Position numbers and translations under genes: made by a program
Origin: Phoronis australis
Taxonomy: Eukaryota; Animalia; Phoronida
Direction: 5' to 3'
DNA: 64,000 bases
Assembly (NCBI GenBank): GCA_002633005.1
Contig: NMRA01000075.1
Location: 65,615 to 129,614 of the forward strand
Part shown: positions 38,601-49,900 of the stretch, one piece after another
Position numbering within the stretch: position 1 is the first letter of the stretch
Layout of the letters: each line of letters opens with the position of its first letter
The notes under the pieces: model-generated
Told to the model about the DNA's origin: nothing
Database searches by the model: none
The model's input: only the letters and a program-made list of their open reading frames with translations

Positions 38601-38952
38601 GACCCGTTTACTCCACTTTTACCTGGTGCATTCTCCAAAAGAGGCTCCGGCTTTAGGACCAGGCAATTAACCTACAAATGGGTGGACTTAGCCAGGTGGC
38701 CATTATTCAGGTTCTCCAAAACATAATCATCCCTCTGTCTGAACTGGGGCAAAAAGCTGGCTCACAACCTGTCTGGTAAGTATACAGGAAACCCGTCGCC
38801 CCTTGCTTGGCTGGATTTAGTTTTCTCTTTGACCGATTCGATTTCGTAGCTGAATATTCGTGTATTGACGAGCTCATGATGAGAAGGCGAAGCCTAGCGT
38901 ACTTACCTTGAGCGCCGTAGAACACGCAAAGTAGAAAAAAGTGTAGCTTCAT
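23675..38952 (-). CDS. BSG: Basigin/neuroplastin (CD147 family) homolog, 3 Ig domains; terminal exon not resolved
   Basis: Exons with consistent phases: 38952-38907 (signal MKLHFFLLCVFYGAQ), 31736-31532, 30922-30804 (DAGTYKC), 28759-28636, 28069-27975, 27572-27486 (VGEYLC), 26200-26048 (LKCSAFGYPLPQIAW), 24443-24312 (DQGEYTC..IILRVK), 23813-23675. The last exon encodes DRYAALWPFLGICAEVAILCAIIFFFEKRR, the family-diagnostic TM with an intramembrane Glu. Confidence 0.92.
26700..26872. repeat. Intronic minisatellite
   Basis: Duplicated AGCACAAGTTAAACAGCACTACAAAA unit plus CACACCAACACGTAAT 20-mers. Confidence 0.6.
34677..34899. mobile_element. MITE with TA flanks (Tc1/mariner-like)
   Basis: TA-CCTAACCTACATGGTTAACAGACTCA ... 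TGAGTCTGTTAACCGTGTAGTTTAGG-TA. Confidence 0.65.
35130..35230 (-). CDS. Candidate basigin exon 2 (end of signal peptide/linker)
   Basis: Acceptor TCATTTTTATTAATAG, reading VFTVLDKGVESAPQLPFSVSANGYNIALVQVVCR, then GTACGT. Phase 1 in, phase 0 out, which fits an alternative acceptor at 31758. Not needed to keep the frame. Confidence 0.35.
37193..37718. mobile_element. MITE with ~165-bp TIRs and TA flanks
   Basis: TA-CAGAATTTGTTAAATGCA..GACACACGATATTTCGAAACATACTT is mirrored at 37561-37718 (..AAATTCTG-TA). The left arm is interrupted by the N at 37245. Confidence 0.8.
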
Positions 38953-39059
38953 GTTTTTAAACTGTCCTAAATTCACTATCCTGAAGTTTTGGGCGAGAGG
39001 TATCGCCAAAGTTTGCTAATAATCTCGCCACAAACAGCTGATCAAGGGTCAACTTCAGT

Positions 39060-39077
39060 AAAATGGCCGTCACGTGA
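39060..39077. promoter_or_regulatory. Candidate basigin promoter motifs (YY1-like AAAATGGCCG + E-box TCACGTGA)
   Basis: Motif matches about 110 nt upstream of the basigin ATG. Motif match only. Confidence 0.3.
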
Positions 39078-39789
39078 GTTTGCGCATGAGCAAAGAATGG
39101 CTTAATGTTCTGACATAAACAACGTACTGTGAGTCACCTAGCTCACTCCATGCACTCAGCTTGTTATGTCGTCATAAACTAACAAAGGCCACTGAGTGAA
39201 ACAAATACGAAATATTGTAGGCCTATATCTAGCGGTTATTGGAATAGAGAACGGATTGATTGCTTTGCGCCAAATTAGTAACTATAATGGCTGCCTAAAA
39301 ACAAAAACTCAAAATATTTCTTACGAGATTCACCGGCGTACTGTGTGTTCAATTTCAAGAGTGGCCAATGAAAACCCTGGTTTTGGTCCTAACTCAAGTT
39401 ATGCCTCAAGTTGTGCTATTTGAGTCTCATTACTGAGTCAGTTTTTGGTTATGATAGAAGTGGAAAATGAACTCTACGTTTAATTCTCAATATCAATGAA
39501 AATAAGTAGGGATATTTTGAACGCCCCCTCAGCACTAAGCCCGCCGGATCCCGTTTAACTGAGTGACGTTAAAGGATCGACTTGATGGGGTAGAAAATGT
39601 CAAAGAAGAACAAAAAAAATATTTCATGAGTGAGTAAAGAACGAAATGATAAATAACGTAGAAAATAAATGCGAAAATAAAACTGGGGCGATCCAGATCC
39701 TCTACAGGATACAGGCTTGTGTCACGGTCAGAGTCGAAAAGTAGAACGTAAATCGAAGTCTAACTTTTATCAACTGCAAGCTAGGACTA

Positions 39790-39943
39790 ATAAATTATCC
39801 ACCTAAGCCTCATTATGTACTCGAGCATAGGATAATAGACACGTATCTTGAGTTCGCAAAAAAGTTGAGTAGAAAATGCCAGACATATAGAGTTCCATTT
39901 CGAGTCAGGTACTAACTTGAAAAGATTAGAGACCCGGCGGGCC
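39790..39943. mobile_element. Partial, diverged copy of the Harbinger-like MITE at 7731-8069
   Basis: Shares GTACTCGAGCATAG.ATAATAGACA..TATCTTGAGTTCGC..GAGTAGAAAATGCCA..GAGTTCCATTTCGAGT..AAAGATT.GAGACC. Confidence 0.7.
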
Positions 39944-41760
39944 AAGTTCGCGATGGCCCTGAACTATACTTATGTACATGTATAGCTTCTGAGTCTGCTA
40001 AGATCGGGCGGCCACTGATGCAAATCGACTTTCGCCAGTTTTAGTTTTTAAAACAAATAAGGCGCCAGTGGAAGGCACATCTTTAGTATTGCCGTTCGTC
40101 AACAAGAATAATGTGCGTTGTCGTGAAACATTTGCTTCAACTCAAATTAGTTTCCAATAATCGCTTCCCTGAGTCAGTCTTAATTATCCAGCTAGGCACG
40201 AAAACATAAAAAAAACAGCCAGATGTGATGGTTTTTTGGACCAATTTATTTTATTAAAAATAGAACATCCTGCAGACATCAATTTTTTCATGAAAATAAA
40301 ACAAAATTGTTAATAAAAGTCACGGACATCCTGCATGTCAGTCCTTATTGGTGTCAAGTTCGACATCCCGAGAGCCGCACCATCAAATGGAAACCGCAAA
40401 TGATACCGGAGCTCCTGAGAGCTTATAAGCCACCACTGACGGGTATTGTACGCCGGCGTTATAAACTTTTTCCTGTAATCCTTTATTTGCTTTTCATGGT
40501 GCGAGAACATACCACTTCACTAAGTTCTCAGCTCAGACAGCATAGACGTGATACTCAATGATGTCTGCAATTATGCTGGGAGCAGGTCCTCGTGTTCTGC
40601 ATGTCCGACTGCGTTTTTGCACACATTTTTTTGGCTCGAGAGTTCGTACACGGGTATCTTTGAACTTGTTCGTTGTAAAGCGCAAAACTGAATTAGATTG
40701 GCCCCTGGATATTGTTACGGCCAGCAAGCCTGGCTGGTTCTACAGCCCCTCCCCATCCGGCAGACAAACTTTTGCTATGCGAGTTGTTCGGAAGCAGGTT
40801 ACAAACTTCGTTAGAGATACTGAGTATGTTTTTGTACAATATTATTTAATTTTCGAAGACGTTATGCCCGCGGCCCCTTCGCAACTCATTCACTGTAGGC
40901 CCGTGTAAAGTGTGTCCTGTCTGTGTTCTGTAGTTGGGTACATGTATGTCTGTTACATCGTTCTGCTTTTATTTGTACTTGTATTGTTACGTGAGCCTAC
41001 TACCACTACTGCCATGGGTAATTAATAGTATTTCTATCACGACGACTGCTTTGTGCCCTTACAAAGCGGACATCTACAGCTCTACATCCGCCGGGTTGCG
41101 ATGAAATTTAGTTTGTTCTCACGGACGACAAGTGATGTCTGGTGTGCAAAGAATTGGCAGTGAATTATTCCTTAAGACCCTCGGCGCATAAATAACGTGA
41201 CAAGCCAACGCCATAGCCAAGCAACAACGCAATGTCAATTCTTTTGACGCCTTGAAAATATGATCACGAATTTGACTAAGGATTAACTTGAGACTATTTT
41301 CATGACCGAAAGTGGTATGGATCAAATGTTGGTTTTTGTGACAAGGAAAGTGCGTTTCACGAGATGTAGCCACTTTAATTTAGGACGAGTAGTTAGTTCA
41401 ATTACTTCAATTATGTACACATATTTTTAGCCTATGTTCCTAAAATGTGGACCAGTTGCTGTTGACCCACAATCACCAAAACATTCACGATGATATTCTC
41501 TGGCCCTCGCCAAGTGCTTGGTTCCCCAAGAAGCGAGTATCGGTCCGTCGTGGCTTTCACAGCGCTGGACTCACTTCGCCCCGTCCTCAGTCCCCACAAA
41601 TGCTTTCTACCATAAAGAGAATGAATGTTACTGATCTAAACTAATGATACGATTGACTTGAAAAGTGAATTTCAACAATTTGGCTACAACATAAAACAAA
41701 ACTTCGAAGTGAAATTTTCAAATGCCATCTACAGAAGTATGAACAAAGTGAAATTTGACA

Positions 41761-41766
41761 TTTATT
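41761..41766 (-). terminator. Candidate ARIH1 polyadenylation signal (implies ~2.2-kb 3'UTR)
   Basis: TTTATT on the plus strand, at the distal end of an A-rich, UTR-like stretch after the stop at 43959. Confidence 0.35.
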
Positions 41767-43958
41767 AGAAACGTTGCCGATATAACTGCAAATTCATACA
41801 TAGGTGTCCCTAAAACTCCATGACGGATCACATCTTCATCCTAAAAACTCTCACACACTCACTTTCCGTTGTCAGACACCAAATTGTCCCAAACAACTAG
41901 ACAGCAATTCTTTCAATATCAGGAAATAGTACGAAACAAATGTGTACCAAATCTGGCTTCTACGAATTCTTATGGATCAAATCTGAATAACTGGTTTCAG
42001 GAAATCACAGTCCCAGTATTAACATTAATTTCTGAATCTCTATTCAGTATATTTCTGTGAACAACCCTACATCTCTCAAAAACACAAAGTCAACACCAAA
42101 TGCAACCGGAAGTGATAAGCCACTGTCGGATTCGTTGCATAATTGGAGTTCATTAAACATGCTTTCCAAATGTTATTGCAAGGAATGATCACAAAAAGAA
42201 AGATTACAATGAGAGACATCTGGTGCCAATCGGTGACACTGCCTAGACCAAAGTATCTAAGTAACCGGTGGATGAGCTCTGCAGATGCTTCTGATTGGTC
42301 AATCTACAGATTTAGTCTTGACGTGTTCGTGTTTGAAATGGTTGGGTGGGAAATGCAACGGAGTTAGTCAGGAAACAAACCAAGGGTTAGATTTGAAGCC
42401 ATACCGATCACCCTTTTGGAAGTCCGGAAATCTGGAACATTTTGAAATGGCGTAACAAGCCAAAATTATGGTCAATGAGACATTCACTCCATCGAAAGTA
42501 AAATAAAGGAAGGCTCGCAGTGCTAACTTGCCATGCTTGAGACCTTGAATTGTTTTGTCCAACAAATGCAAAACCAAAATTAACACTTGCTACTGAAACC
42601 CATACACATTCCAAAATAGTTCATTATCTGACCATCCTGGCATGTTCAGCAGAACTTTCAAAATTACTACATTTCAAAAAGGTTGGCCTCATTTCTCTGC
42701 GAAGTCACTGATAAAATATTTTGTTTCCGCTCTTCCCACCTTCGCTCTTCATACAAGTAGGTCCCTAGGAAATACATACTTCCACTTGGTTGCAATGCAG
42801 TCACATTTTCGAAAAAATATTCTTTTATCACTGAAAATCTTTTCTCAAATTTCCAATGAAATGTTTTACTTCTTGCACATAATATATGGTAGCTTAGGAG
42901 CAGGGAAACAAACTCAAGCCTAATACTTCACACATCCAGTTATACAAAACTGATGGGATAAGGCAAAATTTAAAATTAAGTTTCTCTTCCGTAACGCTGA
43001 TGACCGCAAAACATCAGAGCGACTTGAACATTTTATTTGAAATCTGACGAAAGAATTTTCTCTACACTCGCAAGAACAAAATGTTTCTGCAACAAACTGA
43101 GTGCTACCCTATTAATAAGAGGAAAAACAAGATACTTTCACAGACTGATCTACCACTTTCATAGGAGTGAAGGTGAGCCGAGCGTAAAGAAAAAAGATTT
43201 AGAGGGAACTCATTCAGCTACCAATTATTCCCCTTACTTCATACAGGTTCTCGTTTGTCTAAACAATAAAATGGTTCAATACTTTAGCAATATTGCATGA
43301 TCTATGACTAGAGTAACGCAACAGAGCACAACGGTTTACAACAAACCCAGAAACACTCCAGCTTACCCACTCATACAATACACCAGCTGTTCTGCCGATG
43401 AAGCTCTGGTTTAAGTCGTTATTGTTTTGACCTGTCTGTGGTCAATTCGCCCGTAAATTTTGTGCCAAAAAATTACTTTCTCACAAAGCACATTTGGTTT
43501 CAAAAAGCTGACAAATTCCGTCAAAATTTCTGTCACTTAACCGAAGGTATGACAAACAGACCCAATATAAGACAACTATACATTGAATCATTTGCCCCAC
43601 CAGTTAAATGCTTTTCGAATTCATCAACTCTTTTTTTGAAAAATGATGCTCTTGAAATCAATCAGTATCTATACAGCTTGACTTTGTTGATTTTTACAAA
43701 AGTTTGAAAACAACTCGTGCAAACAACCAATAACTGAACAGCATCTCAAATCATGTCGTCAATCAAGTAACAAATCCGACTGCAACAACTATCGCGCAGA
43801 CCTTGTATGCAACACCCAACGTTCAAGGGAGCTTTCGCAGACGTCACATAAGCATATATTCCAATGGCTGAACGATCCAAAGCAAAAAACAGGCGATATT
43901 TAACTTTTGTTAGTGTTTAGTAGCACATGCTAGATCCTGTCTTGGGGTGACGTCGCCT

Positions 43959-46900
43959 TTATAGTTTCTCCATGTACTCCCAGGTGTCTCTCTCGTAGCC
44001 TTCATGGACATGCTCCAATAACACTTTCCGACGGCCTTCACAGTAACTGGAAGAAACGATGCGTAGTTCATGTCATGAAACCTCAGCTCATGATTGAAAA
44101 TCTCACTGAATGTTTTGTTAACTAAGTCATAGCAACGTAACTATCCTAACTCTGAGTTTCCTCCCCTTTTCATTAATAAAAGGAGTTGATAAATCAACAA
44201 GCAAATTTGAGATGCATCTTTAACAAAAATACAGTGCTGTAGTGGCAGTTTATTCTCAGAACACTGCATACTTTATATAATGCCGTGTTCATATCGGTCT
44301 TAGCCATGAATGGCTGTACATTCTTCAACTTGCTGGCACAGTTATCAGCCATAAAACATGGCACAGTACACATGAACCCTATTCAACTGCTTGGCCAAGA
44401 ACAAGATAGATAGTATTGCCACCTATTGTGAAGAAATAGCAATACATCTGCTGTCATGGAACATCATATTTTTTAAAACAATGTTTAGAACAGTGCAAAA
44501 AGCCCAACATGTAAAGGTATCAAATGAATCTGATCAGCCATTTCTGAAATATGACGATGCTAAGTTATCCAAATTTGGATGTTTGTCTGGAGTCCTACAC
44601 AACCTAGTTAGCGTGCAAGAGGAAAATAAGCAGATTTTTCAATCAATAATCGAGAGATTGGATGTTCATATGCCACTATATTGTTGTATGGAAGCTGACT
44701 TTAAATAAACCAGCATGGCTGTAAGCGGATAAGGGACCTTGGTATAATAAATACAAAATACTGACAAAGAGAAAGAAATAAAATAAAAATATGCAGAGCG
44801 CTGTTAGCAGGATACTTACAGTAGTGACTCATTATATTTTCAAAATATCCCAAAATGATATCACTGATTAAGTAGTGCAAAAGTGCAAGTATTTTCACTG
44901 GTACCTATTTCATCAAAATCGAACCAACGGTTTCAGTGTAGGATCATTTTTGCCTACCGGCTTGCACAGGAAGGACGGACGAATGGAGATGACGGCATAA
45001 TGCGTCCACATATAAATATGTGGACACAAAAAAATGGTCGCCCTATCCTATGCATTACACGAGGTCATGGGATAGCCAATCTCTGTGTCTATAACTAGGC
45101 TTAAATCACTAGGCTGATGGCCTTGCACAATCACATTGGTCTTGCTTTAAAACGTGTGGTAACACCTCCTCCCCGCTCACTGTATACACCCTATCCACCC
45201 TTTGGTTCATTAACTGTCACAAGACTTACCGATANAAATCGAACCAACGGTTTCAATGTAGGATCATTTTTGCCTACCGGCTTGCACAGGAAGGACGGAC
45301 GAATGGAGATGACGGCATAATGCGTCCACATATAAATATGTGGACACATAAAAATGGTCGCCCTATCCTATGCATTACACGAGGTCATGGGATAGCCAAT
45401 CTCTGTGTCTATAACTAGGCTTAAATCACTAGGCTGATGGCCTTGCACAATCATATTGGTCTTGCTTTAAAACGTGTGGTAACACCTCCTCCCCGCTCAC
45501 TGTATACACCCTATCCACCCTTTGGTTCATTAACTGTCACAAGACTTACCGATACTTATCCTGAACTTTTTGCTTGATATCAGCCAACATTTCCTGAGTG
45601 ATGTCACGCTCCAGATATTCCGACAACTTTTCAGTAGCAGATTCAAGGTCTCTCTGATTATCCTATAAGAATGAAAGCAGTCACAGATTTCAGTCAAGCC
45701 GCTAAGTTTGTCAGTTTTCAAATAGCTGTGCCGATACAAAAACCAACAAGGCAGACTTTTACATCCAATAGAAAATTAATGATAATTTGATGATGTCAGC
45801 TATAGAGTGAATCAAAGGCATGCTGTCATCTCAAAGTGCTATAAACCTACCTTCTGCCAAAGACGTACTTTTGATGTTTACATCATGTATTGCTATAAAA
45901 CCGGTTGCAATTTGTTCTTTACTCATACCAAAAGTGATTTCTTGACTTGGAAAGAACTGACAGTTTGTAATTACTTGAGAGCAAGTTTAGCACATAAAAT
46001 GGCCCACTGGGGCAAGCTATCTTCTTCAGTCTGGCCTTAATCAATAATAAACTGATCAGTTTTCTCAAGCTCAGACGTTATTTGTAATCCGAGTAAGGAA
46101 CAACTTAGAAACCTATTTCATGGCTGTCAGGGGCCTAAACCAAGGGTCATTTTTGGCATAAGGCATGTTTAACGTATCTTTAAAATGCCACTCCTATACA
46201 CTATGTGAAAACAGAGCACCTGAATTTGCTGTAATGTTAGTACCATCTCTTACGCTTCTCAAGAATCTAATAGACATGGGAGTCTAATAGTAAAGGATCA
46301 CGTCGAGAAACAATGAAATTAAAAAATAAATTTTACGAAATCTTCCCGCTGTTACACTATTTTATAGTTATTGAAAAACATCTGCAATGATCAAGTTTAA
46401 CGTGTTTTTAAAATTAGAAATGACACACACTGTGAGAGATGATAGCCACAACCACAGTGAAACCTAGAAGAATAAAATAACCCGGAGAAATACTATGTCC
46501 ACACATTTCATTTTTGGTCACGAAAATTAACTTTTATTTTTTTAATGACTGTGAAGACTGGCATCAAATAAAAAAACACTAAAAGGACAAACAATGAGAA
46601 GCTTAAAAAACCACATCATTACCAGCTGTGACTGGAGATTTTTTTTGAAAATATGGGCATGAAATTCAGAAACATTATGCAAAATGAATGCAAGAAATGG
46701 CAAGAATGGTAAGAAAATGAGGTTTTAATGCACAGCATGCTATCCCTACGTACATTGTCAGTTGTTAAATATCATCAAAAACACACAACAGCATAACGCA
46801 AATTACTCAACACACAAAAAATATCACTGCCCTAAATTTCTACAAGATAGTCAAGAATGCCGGAATACCATGACAGAAATTAGCCAATCTGTAGACTTGC

Positions 46901-49900
46901 CTCGAAAATCTCTGACTGGTTGTTCTTCTTGAGATAAAAGGCAAAGACGTATGTGAACATGAGCACCTGTCTACACGAGCAGAGGACGTCGACAGCCTTG
47001 CGCAGGAACTGAACCTCGATCCACGACATGTTATGCTGTTGCATCTCTTCCATTTTCAGCTTGATTGATGCGTAAAGCTGGAAAAGAGACGTTCACATGG
47101 TACTGAATTCTCCAGGGACATGCACTTCAAATTTAGGGTACATTCATTTTAATGTGGCTAAGCACAACAATAACGCCGGGCTACTTTATCAACCCCCACT
47201 TTGGCATGATTGATGTGTAAAACTGGAAAAGGGGTGTTCACACGATACCAAATTCTCAAGAGACACGTCTTTCAAATTTAGGACACATTCATTGTAACAA
47301 AGCTTAAAACAAGGACAACATTGGGCTACTTCATCACTTCCAATTAAGGTTGGAAATCTGGAAAGGGGCGTTCACACGATATCAAATTTTCCCGAAACAT
47401 AGTTTTCATGCCACACGTCGCATGAAGATTCAGCTTGATTTAGGCATTAAGTTACACCATCTTTCACACAGGTACACATTGGGAGACCAGGAAGTTCAGA
47501 CAAGCTGCTTGAACAACTTTACACTACCACCATTATATGGTACAGTGATCAGACATACATTGAGTATATAGTTGTATTCATTTCATACTTTACCTTATGT
47601 TCAAATTTCAAACTTTGCATATGGTTCATGTAACGGTTATAATAAAATATATAACGTTGTAGCGCCGCCCGAGATTGCTGAAATATAGAACACACAGATT
47701 TAGGTAAAATACCAGAGAGCATTTCACAGCAATTATAAATTCGTGTTAATTCGTAAAATTCAACTTTTGAATTAGACCGCTTCCAGATATAAAACTGATC
47801 TCAAAATTTCCCTTCTGTTAGTCAAACTGGGGATGATTTCAAGGTTTCGTAAGGACTGACACTCTGTTATTGCTTGACATGAGACTCTACAAGTTGGCAT
47901 GTCACGCGGTGTTATTTTAAGCACTGAGCACTGATTCAACAAATAACGAACTGCCAGTTCTTTGCAAATTCATAAATCCCCTCTCATTAGAATAAAGAAC
48001 AAGTTGAGATTACATTCATGGTGTTGGAAGTATAAATTAACAGTTCCCTTCTTGGATGGAAGATTGGTTTACAGCCATGTTCAGTTACTAAGGAATCATG
48101 GTAATTATTGCCACTGACAACCTTGCATGAAAAATTACACCAACGGCTAACATCAATTTTCATCCACCATTTACCTCATGTCATACCATTCATACACTTC
48201 ACAGAAACGGTTGACAAGAAATAATCAAGGCTTGGAATGACCAATGACAAAAAAGAGGAAAAATTTCCAGGTGATGTATCCTTCCGCAAATAAATAGGCT
48301 TGTGTGATAGAAATGGTTTGAGCTGTAAAATTTAACTGAAATAAACATTTTTGCGAGAACAAAGTCAAAATAATGATAAAAAGACATAAAAAGAGGAAAC
48401 TGGAAATCAAAAATGAGGAAATCCTTTTTAATTTAAAAGAGGAAAATTCCAATCCCTGAATCATATAAAACATCTTTTGTTATAAATTATGACCAACCAA
48501 AATTGCCTGAGTACATCTGGGTTTATACCTATAATTTAGAAATAATGCGACTATGTGTACAAGTATATCCATTCTAAGTTCATTACCTCTTGTGCTACCC
48601 TGGCCTGTTGAGCTTCTTTCTCATCATAACGATTACAGTTGTACCTGCAAGACATATCAGGATAAACATTGATCTCTGGATGTTAAAGGAAGGCAACACG
48701 GTGGCACCATAGGGTTGCACATCTTGAGAACCACTTTTCTCCACTGAATAATGGGCACCGAACTGGTTCTCAAAATGTGCGACCCTCTGTAAGCGACTAT
48801 TGCCCAAAAAACAGACAATGAAAGTCTTGTCTTATAAAGTACATACCACAACCCTGAAGGTTCACAGACCCAGCAAATCGAGCAGAAGCCAGTCTTGCCA
48901 AGTGCATACTACAAAAACCTGTGTGGCTTCCAACAACCCCAAGCAGACACAGCAGAGGTCAGAGGTCAGTCTTACGATACAGGCAGCATTACGAAGACTA
49001 TGCAGAGCTACCAACATTGCTGTGGTTACCACATACCCAGACAGACCCTGCACACATCAGCCTCATAACGTAAGTGCCATGATGACCCGTAAGGTTTCTA
49101 CGGTCCCAGTTGCCTTATTAATGTATGTACCATGAAGACCCTTGTGGGTTCCACAAACTCAGTAGAGGTAAGCCTTATAATGTACGTACCATGATGACCC
49201 ATGTGGTTCCCACGGACCCAGGCAAACCCAGCAAAAGTCAGCCTTACAATGCTGGTTCTTACACACTATGTGGTTACACCCGCCGTCCTTCTCGATCGTC
49301 ACATGACATTTGGGACATTCCTGCGGATTGCAAATAGAAGACAGTAGCAGTATGTTCAAGTAAAAACCTTCCAAGTTATTTTCATATTTAAGCACTTTGT
49401 GAATGAAAAAAAATTATTTTTTCTACTGACTTCCCATGAGGATTTATTGCCTTTTGGTGTATGACGAATTGGATTTTGTAAAAATTGACAAAAGGCCAGT
49501 AAACTGTCAAAATTCCATCACAAGATTCAAATTCCCTGACATAATGATAGAAAAAGTTTTTAAATATTATGCATCAGATCTATAAATGAATGCTCATTTT
49601 AAAACACAAAATGCATCGTGTTTAATATAACTAAAGACAAAGTAGGAACTGGCTTATGGACTCTTGACCTACTTTTGTATTAGCCGCAATCCAATTGGAT
49701 GTCTCGCTGTCATCATCACACTTCTTGACCCACTTTTTAAGCCACTTGCACTTGACAGGGTCGTGCCACGATTGGCCGCAAGCAAAACTGAAATAAAAAT
49801 GATGAAACTTTATGGCATCATGCAACACTACAAATCATAAAGTTGTCTTTTCACCAGAAATTTTTAACAATAGAAGTCTAGACTTAGCACCAGTCCCTTC

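Noticed and set aside
40300-41650. ORFs of 65-116 aa between basigin and the ARIH1 3' end
   Set aside because: No recognisable domain and no coherent splice chain.
42997-43022. CTGATGA hammerhead-like core
   Set aside because: No stem II followed by GAAA.
44916-45554. Near-perfect 319-bp tandem duplication including the exon-13 donor
   Set aside because: The copies are separated by exactly one N (45235) and differ by only a few substitutions, which is typical of haplotype overlap at a scaffold gap.
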